From the NCBI RefSeq assembly GCF_006345805.1, contig NC_043004.1:35340001-35404000 (forward strand): DNA of 64,000 nt, read 5' to 3'. Below the pieces are notes generated by a model, which saw only the letters and a program-made list of their open reading frames with translations, had not been told where the DNA came from and ran no database searches. Below, piece by piece: positions 38,470 to 51,246 of this stretch; position 1 is the stretch's first letter, and each line of letters opens with the position of its first letter. The position numbers and the translations under genes were made by a program. Origin of the DNA: Octopus sinensis (Eukaryota).

Positions 38470-38615
38470 GACAATGATGATGGTGATGATGATGATGGTG
38501 ATGATGATGGTGATGGTGGTGATGGTGATGGTGGTGATGATGATGATAATAATAATGGTGATGATGATGATGAAGATGATGGTGGTGGCGGTGATGATGA
38601 TGTTGGTGGTGATGC
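38470..38615. repeat. (GAT/GGT)n array at the tail of a family E relic
   Basis: Read directly; preceded by GGTTGGCATCGGGAAGGGCATCC. Confidence 0.9.
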
Positions 38616-39363
38616 TGAGTCAGCCGTAAAAGTAACAACCAACGGCAAATTTTACAGAGGAAGGTTTGAACCCCAGAACAGAATCTCTATAACAGTCACT
38701 GATGCTGTCTGTTGAATGTATTACTATGAAGAAGACAGGGAATACTAATCACTGAACCATTGCATGATTTCGGTAAAACATTATCAATAGCCAGGAATGT
38801 GACTAAAATGTAATTAGCAGTGAGAGATCTCTATGGTAAATAGCACTAGAGAAAACTATCCATCTCAGTGTGTAGGAAAAGTGTGGGCAGGAATTCAATA
38901 TTATGTTGGCAGACCTCAGCTGACAAAGATAAAATAATTTACATCTGACACATACAGAAGTGCAACTGACAGACTGATCAGTCTAAGGCTAAAAGACCGG
39001 GAAATGGTCCGAGGGTTTGCTTTGATTGCAATACTTAAACGATATGATTTGTACTGAATGAGGAATTCAAAACACACATAATATGGAATGTCGTGAGGTT
39101 TTATAAACTCTGCTCTCTGGTTGGTGGCAATGTAATCTTCTCTTTCTATTAAGGGCAAACTCTGTAATATTTACGCACCTGCAAAATAAACCATGACATG
39201 GGAAACATATTGACGATATATACAAAGGTACAAATTATCCCAAGTTGAAGTGAGGGTGATTCAAGGTAGTCACACAAGCAGCCCAAAGTGACCTTTTTGC
39301 ATTCAGATCTTTGCCAAATGTAAGGTTTATTCATTCGCATTGTTTTGAATTAATTATGTATTA

Positions 39364-39930
39364 TTGGGTCGTCTGGAAAGTTCGTGCCAATTTTTAAAGG
39401 AAAGAAAAAGGTCAATAAATACTTGCCATTACATTTTTAATCAACCAAATATGAACCATTTTATTGCACAATGTGTCTCCATCTTTCCTTGAACTTGAAA
39501 ATACCCTCTTCCCAGAATTGAGGTGGTTTCATGGCAAAGAATTCATCAAGGTATCTTTTTACATCATCCAAGGAATTGAAATTTTTACCATTAAGACTAT
39601 TCTGCAGAGACTTGAATAAGTGAAAATCTGAAGGAGCAATATCTGGTGAATATGGAGGGTGGGGTAACACATCCCAGCTGAGCTGCAGCAATTTTTGTCT
39701 GGTTCTCAAAGCATCAAGTACCAAAATTAAACTTTCTTATCTTCCATTTTAAAGAGTTACAGAATTAACACAGGTTATAGGAACATAAACCTTCTTCCAC
39801 GAAAAGATAGCTTAAACTGTGTTCTAGATAGAGGTGAAGTCAAATCCTATTTTATGAACTCAAACATGTTCTAAAATAACTTGAAAGATAAGCTACTATA
39901 AATTGGCACAAACTTTCCGGACAACCCAAT
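39364..39930 (-). mobile_element. Internally deleted mariner
   Basis: About 30-bp TIRs TTGGGTCGTCTGGAAAGTTCGTGCCAATTT / AAATTGGCACAAACTTTCCGGACAACCCAA with TA TSD. ORF 39461..39724 has PHPPYSPDIAPSDFHLF. Confidence 0.95.
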
Positions 39931-42034
39931 ATTTTGTAGTGTCAAGATATCAATGTTTACTTTTACATTGACATTGTAGATTAGGTGTAAGAACTGACTC
40001 ATCTGAAAATAAAACAGGTAGAATATTTGGGAGGATATGGCTGGTTTAAATGTTAATGGCTTAAAAATCAAATATTTGAATCAGATCATACAAGTTGGAA
40101 AGTTATTCATGAAAATATGACTTTACTACAACTTTGTTCAACCAAGCCTGGCATGGGAAATCGAAATTTAAGTAACATTGAAGGTGACTTACAGATATGT
40201 GATAGGTTTTTGAACTTTGCAAAAAGACAAGAATATTTTCAGGATTATTTTTATGGAGAGACTACACGGATGAATACTGAAATCAAATTCATTGAGGCTG
40301 TCACCAAATTTATTTGGTGATTTTTGTTTCATACTTTTCCCAGGCATTGTAGCAGATTTTATTAACTAAAAAGTCATTAGGCTACTAGACACAATAAAAA
40401 AATTATTAGTGCTACATTTAACGAGCTGCCAAAACTCTTATAATTACACCTTCTGCTAATAACTTGTGTGCATCTGCTCTGTTAGTTTTGAAAGTATTCT
40501 GCTAACATTTGTGAAATAAATCTAAATACTGACTGACTCGTGCCGGCACAGAAGACGGATGTTAAATGATGGTGATGACAGTGATGATGATGATGACGAT
40601 GATGACGACGACGATGGCAATGACAACAATAAGGGAAATGTAATCGAAAGGAAGTTACAGATATTTTGAATCTGAACTAACAATGCTGACAATTATTTAA
40701 TGCCAAGAACCCGGGAATATAAGATAGGGCATTCAGAGATAAAATATACAACTCCACAGAACAGAGTTGTCAAATCTGTGAAAGTAAGGACAAAAATCCA
40801 ACAAGTGTATTTTATAAATGAAATGTAACATAATTGGAAATAATTCAAAATGTGTCAGAAATGAGAAAAAATTTGCTTATGTTAAAATATAATAATATAG
40901 AAAAATGAAATATAGTTTTAGAAGGATTTCAAGAACTTTTAGAAAAAAATATTAAAATTAAGAAAAATTTTGGATTTGTTTAAAAAATAAAATAGAGTTT
41001 GACTCCACATGAAGAAGCGAAAAGATTTATTAAGCCAATAAAAATCTATTCTTGAAAATCAGCTTGTCTACTCACATGCCTTCACTTAGGGAATGGCATT
41101 TATCAACTTCATGAATTATTTGTTGAGAATCTACTTACCTGCTGCCTATATAAATTCTGTCCACAATGAACCAAAAATTCTTGTATGAGCTGTGAAGTAG
41201 TGTGTTCACCTGTCAACTCTTCCTCCTACAGGGAATGTTTATCTTTCTGCAATAAACTAACCGTTGATTTGTCTGGTTGACAAAGAGAGGCATTAGATTC
41301 TATGGAAATGTCACCTTTAATAGACTGATGGCCTGTCTAAAGAGAGACATTTTCATTATGTAATGACATTGCTCCAGCAGGGTTATACCCGACCAACAGG
41401 AAACTGTAAAACAAACAGATTTCCTTAGCACCATCATGATGAGTATAATTGTTTAGGAAGTTGTCTGATTGAGTCGTATTTTTATTTGTCGCTGATTCAA
41501 AGGAAGTGTGTACTTTGAAGAGGTGGAAAGGAAATGATAGCAAGACAAATTTAGCAAAAGCAAAGAATTAATTTCTAACAAAAATAACTCTGGTTGGAAG
41601 TACCGTGGAGAGAGTTTAACAGCTCAAAACTCAATGCTTATTGTTCATCTATAAATGTTATTCTGCTGTAGTCTACAGATATCAAGCGTCAAGTATAGGA
41701 TGCAATTGAAGATAATCTATAATAAACACAGCATTTATATTATTCATAAGACAGGTGACTGATAAACTATGGATTGACATTAGGGATATAATCTATTACA
41801 GTTACAACATTTTACATACACTGTTTATATTATTCATAACACAATTTACTATTAAATAGTTTAAATTAAACGATATGTCATCATCATCATCATCATCATT
41901 TACCATCTGTTCTCCATGCTGGCATGGGTTGGATGGTTTGACAGCAACTGAACAGCTGAAGAGCTGCACCAGGCTCCATTGTCTGTTTGGCTTGCTTTCT
42001 ATGACTAGATGCCCTATACATATATATATATATA

Positions 42035-42230
42035 GGGAGAGTTTACTATGAAGAAAACAAAAGATGAAGACAGGTGGTGTACAAGACAAACAGATGTATT
42101 AGTATAACACTCAGGAATTGAAAAAGTCTTTTACATTTCGAGCCTACGCTCTTCTACAGAAAGTGACACAGAAAAAACAAGGAGGGAAACAAGGAGGGAA
42201 AAAAATGTGTGTAGTGGCTACCGATCTATC
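42035..42230 (-). mobile_element. Family H4 element, 3' end in (TA)n
   Basis: Minus strand cttt-CTGTAGAA-gagc-gtag-gctc-GAAAT-GTA-aaag at 42128-42163. It ends ...AAACTCTCCC-TATATA. Confidence 0.75.
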
Positions 42231-42419
42231 TATATTTAAAAATTTCGTTATATATGTATATATATATATATAAAACGAAATTTTAAAAAGTTTCTTTTGG
42301 CTTATTTTCCTTGTTTCAACATGCTATGTATTTATAGTGGAAAATACTGTATGTGGTTAGACAATCTAAAGTCTGTTTTTCAGCATTTCGGGATAGAAGA
42401 TTTTTTATTTAAAACTGCA

Positions 42420-42816
42420 TATTCTTTTAATTATTTCAGTCATTTGAATGTGGCCATGCTGGAGCTCTACCTTCAGTTGAGCAAATCAACCCCAGGACTT
42501 ATTTTTTGTTAGCTTAGTACTTATTCTATCGGACTCTTTTGCTGAACCGCTAAGTTTTATGGGGACGTAAACACACCAGCATCAGTTGTCAAGCAATATT
42601 ATGGGGACAAATACAGACACACAAACAAATACACTAACATGCACACACATTTATATTTGTATACGATAGGCTTATTTCAGTTTCCGTCCACCAAATCCAC
42701 TCAGAAGGCTTTGGTCAGCCCAAGGCTATAGTAAAAGACACTTTCCTAAGATGCCACAAAGTGGGACTGAACCTGGAACCATATGGTTGGTAAGCAAGCT
42801 ACTTACCACACAACCA
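42420..42816 (-). mobile_element. SINE family A
   Basis: Reverse-complement match to 31857-32268. Confidence 0.85.
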
Positions 42817-43184
42817 TATATATATTTATACATAAATACACACACACACAAACATACATACAGAATTTATATTTGAGAATCCACAGAGAGTACTATACTC
42901 CATTTCATTGAGATTGAAGTTTGAAGTCCCTGCTTTTCTATGATAAAGCAATAAGGAAGTAATAATCAAATTAAGAATTTTTTAAGCTTGACAAAGTACA
43001 ACTTTGTCTGTAGAATATTATGGATAGATTGTGCATTGACGTTCATTCTACAAATAATGTTTTTCATTTGCTGATGTAATGCTAAAAATAGTAAACTATA
43101 ACTCAGAGGTTACAAGTGTATAACAAAGAATACAGTTTTTAAAGATGTTCTCTCCAAAGACTGCAACTTTGGTAAAGAAGTGAG

Positions 43185-43922
43185 ATCACAGCCATGGCCA
43201 ATGCCAGTTTTGCATGTCTGGCCCATTTAAGAGTACCCTTGATGCGTCAGGGGATATGATATGCTTGAGAAGACCTGTTAAGTCAAGTAAAACCAAAATC
43301 GTAGCTGTGGCCAGTGCCCCCTGATTGGCTCCCGTGCCAGTGACATGTAAAAAGCACCATCTGAACATGGTCGATGCCAGTATTCCCTGACTAGCTCCCA
43401 TGCCAGTGGCTCATAATAAGCACCATTCAAACGTGGCCAATGCCTGTGCCCCCCCGACTGGCTCCCGTTCCAGTGGCATGTAAAAAGCACTATCTGAACA
43501 TGATTGATGCCAGGCTCGCCTGACTAGCTCCCATGCTGGTGGCATGTAAAAAGTACCACTCAGGCATGGCCAATGCCAGTGCCCTCTGACTGGCTCTTGT
43601 GCCAGTGGCACATAAAAAGCACTATCCAAACGGGATCAGTGCCAGGCCCGCCTGACAGGCTCCCATATCCGTGACACATAAAAAACACTATCTGAACATG
43701 ATTGATGCCAGGACCACCTGACTGGCTCTTGTGCCAGTGGCACATAAAAAGACCCACTACATTCTCAGAGTGGTTGGCATTAGGAAGTGCATTCAGCTGT
43801 AGAAACATTACCAGATCAGATTGGAGCCTGGTGCAGCTGCTGGCTCTCCAGACATCAGTCAAACCATCCAACCCATGCCAGCATGGAAAACAGACGTTAA
43901 ATGATGATGATGACGACGATGA
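43185..43922 (+). mobile_element. Family E element with an expanded internal minisatellite of about 60 bp
   Basis: About 7-8 diverged units (tgccag...gactggctccc.tgccagtggcacataaaaagcac), then the RTE-type tail and (GAT)n. Confidence 0.88.
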
Positions 43923-44271
43923 CTCTACCCTATCTCTAGAATGAAACACATTAGAAAAAAATACAATTTTAAAAGAAACTGTGTGTATTATGGGTCTGTT
44001 TTAAATTCCAGCAATTTTATTGTTTTCAAAATAACTACAGAATTTTTTGAGATCTGTGAGATAATTTCTGTTATTGAAGGAATGGATGTGTGTGTGTGTG
44101 TTTGTGTACACATGAAAATTATTTAAATTTGTACCACTATTTATGGCAGCATATATGTGTGTATGGAAAGCCAACCTAGATTGTACCCCACCCATAGAAT
44201 ATCAGTCATATTTAATAAAACCAGTGAGATGACCTTTAAATATAGCAGCCAAATCTACCTCAAATTTCAAG

Positions 44272-45265
44272 TTGTTGATGACAGTTGAAGCCCACCATCC
44301 GAAAGCTGATCTCAACTGGCTGTACTTGAGGAGAGACCAGGGTGGAAGAGGTTTAATAACAGTAGAAGAATGTGTACAGGTGGAAAGTAAAAGTCTAGTA
44401 GAGTATTTACAAAGCAGAACAGAAAAATTACTAAAGACAGTGAATAAAGAACAGGTGATGAAGCGTGTAATGGGGGAAAAAGGACAAGAATGAAATACAA
44501 AGAGAGCACGTCAGACAGGTCGAAGAGAAACTTCTGCATTTTCAATTTTGGAGAGCCACTGAAGAAGATGCATGTGGCGCAAAATCCTGGGCCTTGTTAA
44601 AAAAAGGGGCAATAAAAAACAGAAACAGAGAGCCTAATTGTAGCAGCCCGACATCAAGTGATGAAAACAAACTTGCGAAAAAGTATATAGGGAGAGAATG
44701 TATCAGAAAAATGTAGAGCCTGTGGAACTTGGAACAGGACAGAGGCACACACTGTGGAAGAATGTCCCAAATTGGTACAGAAAGAATATAAGAAATAGAG
44801 GCATGACCCGGTTGTAAAACTTTTACACTGGAGGCTCTACCAGAACTGGGGATTTGAAGCTGGAAACACACGGTACAATAATCGAGTCAAAAAAAAATTG
44901 GAGTTAGAGAATTGTAAGATTTTGTGGGACTTTCCTATTCAAATGGACAAGAAGTTGGAAAATAATGGACCAGACCTAACGATTATAGATAACGAAAAGC
45001 AAGGTTGCTTACCAATTGACCCATCATGCCCATTTGATTCCAGGATTGTAAATAAAAAATAAAAAATATAATCCTTAAAATTTGAAATAGGAAGAATTTG
45101 GAACGTACAAGCAGTACAGATCATGCCTACAATAATCAGTGTGTTTGGGGAACAATAAGCAAAGATATAGACAAAAGGCTGAAGGAGATTGGAATAGAAT
45201 GCCCAGTAGAGCTCCTACAGAAAGCTTGGCTTTTAGGGACATCAAGGATTATCAGGAGGGTTTGA
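44272..45265 (+). pseudogene. R4/Dong-like non-LTR retrotransposon 3' relic (RT end, CCHC finger, REL endonuclease)
   Basis: HPKADLNWLYLRRDQGGRGL; KCRACG..H..EECPKL; RHD.V.KLLHW; KILWDFPIQMD..GPDLTIID..IDPSCPFD; LLQKAWLLGTSRIIRRV. Confidence 0.85.
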
Positions 45266-45499
45266 AGCACTGCTGAAAACTTGTGGATATCTAAGGTTGC
45301 TACCTACATAAATCCTACCAGGAATAAGACTGAACCTGAGCCAAACCAAAATAAGAATATTAACATCTAACTAACTCTGTCTAGAATAGCATTGTTAAAA
45401 CAGCAATGTCACCTTTGTGTAGATTATGTGGAAATTCATGTGAAACAGTTAGACACATAATTAGCAGATCATCAAAATTAGCCCAAAAGTAGTACAAAA

Positions 45500-46600
45500 A
45501 TCGCCATGACAAAAGTAGCAAAGTGAAAACACTGGGAGTTGTACAAGAAATATGGGATAGAATGATTCAACAAGTCATATGAGCAGCAACCTTTGCTGTT
45601 GCAAAGAATTTTAAGATGAAACTCACATGGAATATGTCACTATATACTGGCAAAAATCTTAAACTCAGTCAATCAGATATTACTCTCCAAATAAAGGAGT
45701 CCAAAGAATGGACCTTTGGTAACATAGCTCTACCTGCTGACCAGAATATTGTGAAGACAGAGGATGAGGAAGTTTGGAAGTAGCAAGGCCTAAGTGTGGA
45801 AGTGAAAAGAATCCACAGAGCTGCAAAAGTGAGTGCAGTACATATTGTGACTGGTGCACTTCAAAAAGCTGCAAATACCAAACTGCATAGGAAGAGTATA
45901 TAGTTGGCAGCAATACTTAGAACAGCTCAAGTGCTGAGGAAAGTGTTGTGTTTGTAAGTTGTGAGGTGGAACTGTAATATGACATAGACATAGCTATATC
46001 AGGAGAAGTGAAAGGAATAAATAATAAAAACAACAATAATAATAATGGTTTCACAAGGCCTGCAATTTCAGGGGAGTCGGGGAGTGAGTCGATTACATCA
46101 ACCTCGGTCCGTAACTGGTTCTTATTTTATCAACCTCGAAGGGATTAAGGGCAAAGCCAGCCTCGGCAGAATTTGAACTCACAATGTAAAGACACTCTGT
46201 CACTCAATAGTAATAATAATAAAAATAATGATAATAATAATAAGAAGAAGAATAGAAAAGGTCTCAGAAAATGACAAAGTAACCAAACTCTTGGATGTAC
46301 CAATACACACAAATAGGGAAATCAAGACTAATCAACTAAATATTGTTATCAAAATCCATGAAGGAAAAAATATACCTCCTAATTGATATATAGATTCCAA
46401 TAGATGAGAGTGTATCTCTAGCAGAAATAGAGAAACAATTGAAATACAAAGATCTGAAAATAGAGATAACCTAGTGTGGCACTGGAAGACAGGAAAAGTC
46501 CCCATAATAGCAGATGCTTTGAGTATGAGCAAAAAATATGCAGATAAACACCAGGACTTATGTATGCATAACATACATAAAATAGTACTGGATGGACCTG
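45500..46600 (+). pseudogene. Two further, more decayed R4/Dong-like REL fragments (about 45500-45960 and 46260-46600)
   Basis: Remnants such as TAQVLRKVL, DVPIHTNREIKTNQLNIVIK, KYKDLKIEIT..W and VPIIADAL, separated by (AAT)n and a SINE F relic. Confidence 0.6.
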
Positions 46601-47149
46601 ATGTAGAGCACTTTCAAAACAGTCAAAATAACAACACTAAAACAAGTTACACAGAGTTGTGCACGGCAGTGAAAGCATGCAATAGAAATAAATAAGACTA
46701 CTGAAAATAATAATCATAATGATTTTGAATATAGAAACATCGTTAGCATTTTGATGGGAGGAGATATTATCAATCTCAGAATTTAATTTGTTCCATATTT
46801 CATCAATTTCAGAAGAACAAAACACTAAGTTGACTTCAACAAGATTTGAACTCAGAACATGAAGAATCAGAACAAATACTGCAAAGCAATTTTTCAGAGC
46901 TTTAATGATTCTGCCAGTTCAGTGTCATATGTAACAACAACAACAACAATAATTTATTCTTTTATTAGCCACAAGGCCTCACATACAAAAACATTGAATG
47001 ACATACAACATAAAAGACAAAAACAGGACAATACAATGGGTTCTCCAGCATTTAAACAATATGAGTAACAAATAAAAATTAAGCAAATTAAGCTCCCAAT
47101 AGGGGAGGTGCTTTAAGGTCCTCATGGAACAACAACAATAATTATTATA

Positions 47150-47353
47150 GTTTCTAATTCTTGCCATGAGGGCAGCAATTTTGAGGGAGGAGATTACGTC
47201 AGCCCCAGGGTTCAACTGGTTCTTATTTCATTGACCCCAAAAGGATGAAAAGCAAAGTTGACCTCAGTGGAATTTGAACTCAGGACATGGCAGCAGGCAG
47301 AAAACCGCTAATCATTTCACCCAGCATGCTAATGATTCTGCCAGCTTTCCACC

Positions 47354-47396
<43 letters not shown>

Positions 47397-47417
47397 TAAT
47401 AATAATAACAACAATAA
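47150..47417 (-). mobile_element. SINE family F adjoining (AAT)n
   Basis: Family F core on the minus strand; (AAT)n at 47355-47417. Confidence 0.78.
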
Positions 47418-48388
47418 TGTGAAGTTTTATCGACAATATTTTTATCTCGCCCATATCATACAATGGAAACTCTAACAAATTTTTACATTTTGTTTCTTGA
47501 AATAGATTTTTATTTTTCATTGTAGTCAAGTTGCTCCAAACATAAAAGCAGACCTGATCTTTGACATATATATATAATACCTTAATTTTGTAACTACAAA
47601 ATGCTTTAGAATAAAAGTTTACATGATAAAGACGTCAAAGGATGAGGAGAAATCTTTCTTTATAAAATATATACCAAGAATATGAGTTACATATGTACAT
47701 TGTAACAGATATATAACATATACACATTACATTATGTGTATATATATATATATAAACACACCCAAGTATATTAAAGCTCATATGCACACATGAAAATACA
47801 TACATGCATTTACATTTAAATTGGCATATATCATACACAGGATATATATCATACACATGATATATATATGCATTAATGTATGTAAATACCTATAGTCATG
47901 CATAAAAACACGCTGTTATACACATAGATGACGTGTCTAAAGATATTACACTGAACTACATGCCTAAATATATACACATAAATACATATATAAACAATCG
48001 CATATACACACAACCCAGACATGTATTCACTTACATAACTAAGTGTATACATGTTTGTGTACATGCATATTTATAAATATGTATGTGTATCTAGAAGTGT
48101 CAGTCTATGATAGCCTTTATCAACTTTTATACAATGAAGTTATTGATCCCTTTGGCATCAAAGATATTGGTTTTCTTTTGAAAGATAGACTTATCGATTC
48201 AGTGATATCTGACATCAATTTAAAGGAGAGATATATTTCTCTTATGAAATGAACAAACTATTCCCAAAAATCAATAAGGAAATGATGTATTATTGATTAT
48301 ATGTTTTATGAGGAATCACGCCACAGATGTCTATCTCGTTTCTGTCTTAGGATTGTCAATGTGGTACTATTTGAAATCATATATATAT

Positions 48389-48436
<48 letters not shown>

Positions 48437-49079
48437 TTATATATATATATGTATGTATGAATGTATGTATATATATATATATATACTTGTATACATATTC
48501 ATTGTTTTTAATTATCTTCATCTTGTTCAGACTCATATGTATGCACTGTTTCACATTTACTATTGTTCCTCCTTTACGTATGTCAACATAATACAAATTA
48601 AGTACTTCATATAGATTGTTGTTGATTTTTTTTTATAACATTCAATCTGATCTTATCTGAACTAATTAGCTATAATTAACTAACTCTTGTTATTTATCAA
48701 AGATTTCTAATCAATGTTGTACTATCTGAGAAACCTTCAAGTAATCAGCATAACTAAATCAGCCAATGGCTTCGATTGCCAAACAAGAATCTAGAAGGAC
48801 TACAAATATAGCTGTAGTCTCAAACCATGGCTTTGATTTACTCCTTTAAAACTGTTTCACCTTTTGTAGACAGAATCCTTGTATGTAAGCTTTTGGTTTG
48901 GTCCTTTAAAGCGTCATGCCACCCATCTTTTCTGCTCTTTTCTTACTGGGCTTTGATCACAGAACTTTTGATGGCTTATTTCACCCACCCAGCAACAGGA
49001 ACTGCAACTGTATCAAGGGCAAGTGTATAAATGTATCCCAACAGCAGAACGGGGCACCACTACATGATGCCAATGATCC

Positions 49080-49408
49080 TAGCATCACCATCAAAATACG
49101 GGACCAGATACTGCAACAGCTTGGGTTTCAGGGGACCACAGCTCTTCAAAATCCTTCCTAAATACTGAGAGACCTGCATGGTGTGGGTATAGGTTTCTTT
49201 AAAACTAAACTGGATCTCTTCTTGTCAGAGGTTCCAGATAAACCTACCACTTGGCAGGGAACACAGATGCGGGCAGCGGTGTCAAACTTCCTTGTTGATC
49301 AAGTACCACGTATCAGAGGTGGTTTCACATACTAGTGTAGCTCATTCATTGGTGGTGCCCCAGCATAGCCGCAGATTTCGGGCTGAAATATTTTAAAGGA
49401 TTTAAGGA
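49080..49408 (+). pseudogene. CR1-like LINE 3' end
   Basis: RYCNSLGFRGPQLFKILP..LRDLHGVGIGFFKTKLDLFLSEVPDKP (CR1-type FKxxLDxFL), followed by the 3' UTR GGTGGTGCCCCAGCATAGCCGCAG...GAAA. Confidence 0.78.
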
Positions 49409-49621
49409 TATATATATGAAGTGAAAGCAGCCCTCTTAAAATAAATATCATTAAATACATATACTAATGTATATACTTTGTGTATTTCCCAGTGGCTACA
49501 ATGGTGTAATGGAGTATAAAACTCACATGCCACCAGTGTTAAAACACCTTGGAGTCATGGACAAGTGAGATAACTCATCCTCAATCATGATGCTGATATT
49601 ATATATATATATTCATATATG

Positions 49622-49670
<49 letters not shown>

Positions 49671-49789
49671 TATATACATATATATGATGTATGTGTGCAT
49701 ATATGTATATTTATATGTGACAATCCAAGATGCAAGACTATCTATATTGCATTTTTTATAAAGTCAACATTTCAGAATGGAATCGTCAT

Positions 49790-49965
49790 TGTCATCATCA
49801 TCATCATCATCATCATTCTTTAATGTCTGGTTTCCATACTGGCATGATCTGGACGATTTGGCCAGAGCTGGCAAGCCAGAGAGCTGCACCAGGTTCCAGC
49901 CTGATTTGGTTTGATTTCTGTAGCTGGACACCATTCCTAATGCCAACCACTTTACAGTGTATGCA
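49790..49965 (-). mobile_element. Family E 3' fragment
   Basis: (CAT)n followed by the reverse-complemented RTE-type tail. Confidence 0.75.
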
Positions 49966-50284
49966 ATGTATTTGTTCATATATTTTTGTTTTATCATACC
50001 CAACGCTTTAATTATTCTTTTGATTTCCATTGAATTAAGGAGGGGCAAGAAAAAAAATGACAGGGACTCGTTGAAGTGAAAAGAGGAGGGAAAGTGAGCA
50101 TGAAGAGAAGGCAAGGAAATGTGAGAGAGGGGGAATGAAAGAAAAAGTGTGAAAGGGCTGATATACACATATATCTATACATACATACAAACATATATAT
50201 ATGTATGTATGTATGTATGTATATTTGAAGTGCAAGTCAGAGATAACTGAAATATAAATATCAAAAGTAAATCCCCAGTAATTA

Positions 50285-50490
50285 ATTGGTTTCAAATTTT
50301 GGCACAAGGCCAGCAATTTCGGGGAGGGGATAAGTCAATTACATCGACCACAGTACTCATCTGCTACTTGTTTTATTGACCCCAGAAGGATGAAAGACGA
50401 AATCAACCTTGGAAGGATCTAAAATTAGAACATAAAGACAAACAAAATGCCATTAAGCATTTTTCCAGCATGCTAACGAATCTACCAGCT
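50285..50490 (-). mobile_element. SINE family F
   Basis: Family F core on the minus strand. Confidence 0.75.
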
Positions 50491-51204
50491 TGTTACATTT
50501 CCCCAGTAATTAATTGATAACAATACATTAAAATCCAGCTTGTTATGTTACAGTAAATCCAAGTCGGACTGAGTGTTATCTATACATAATTGGCTAAATG
50601 ATCTTCATGTGTAACATATTTAAAATAGAAGCAGAAAAGCATAAATTTCATATATGGTTCATACTTTAATTTTATTCAACAGCTGTTTCATTAAGATAAA
50701 TACCTTTTAATGTATAATTACAAAATTGTGATGCATAATTGATTTGAATAAAAGTAAATTCATTTAGAAGCTGTGTTACCTGAATCTTGAGAAATATTAT
50801 GAGTTATGCTAATCAGACTAGACAAGAATGTATATATTGCAAATGTGTGTCCAGGCTTATGTTTCATGAGCTTTCATAAAATGTAATTATGAAAATGATT
50901 GACATCACTAACATGTTTACTGACACACAAATAAATAACATTGATGTCTGTTATTCATATTACTCATTGCTTGCCATTTGTAAGCTCCGACATCTCTCTG
51001 CAAAACAAATATGAGAATTCCTGATGGACTGGCAATATCCAGGTAAAACCCATCAAATTGTTCTTTTGTTTTGTTGAGTGGACCAGAGTGGCTTCAGGCC
51101 ATCTCTTATTTGCTCAGAAAGATCTAATACATGTGCATTAGACAGAAACTTATTTGCAATTTATTTACATGCTGTCTCAGTGCCTCACTTAATTTAGATG
51201 TTTT

Positions 51205-51246
<42 letters not shown>

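Noticed and set aside
37446-38648. Poly-Ser, poly-Met and poly-His ORFs
   Set aside because: These are translations of (GAT/GGT)n microsatellites.
38916-39179. Possible minus-strand exon after the TTTATTTTGCAG acceptor
   Set aside because: All frames from the acceptor stop quickly, with no recognisable protein or partner exons.
42236-42288. Small inverted repeat around a TA tract (aaaatttcgtt...aacgaaatttt)
   Set aside because: It is short and AT-rich, probably a local foldback next to an H4 insertion, with no evidence of function.
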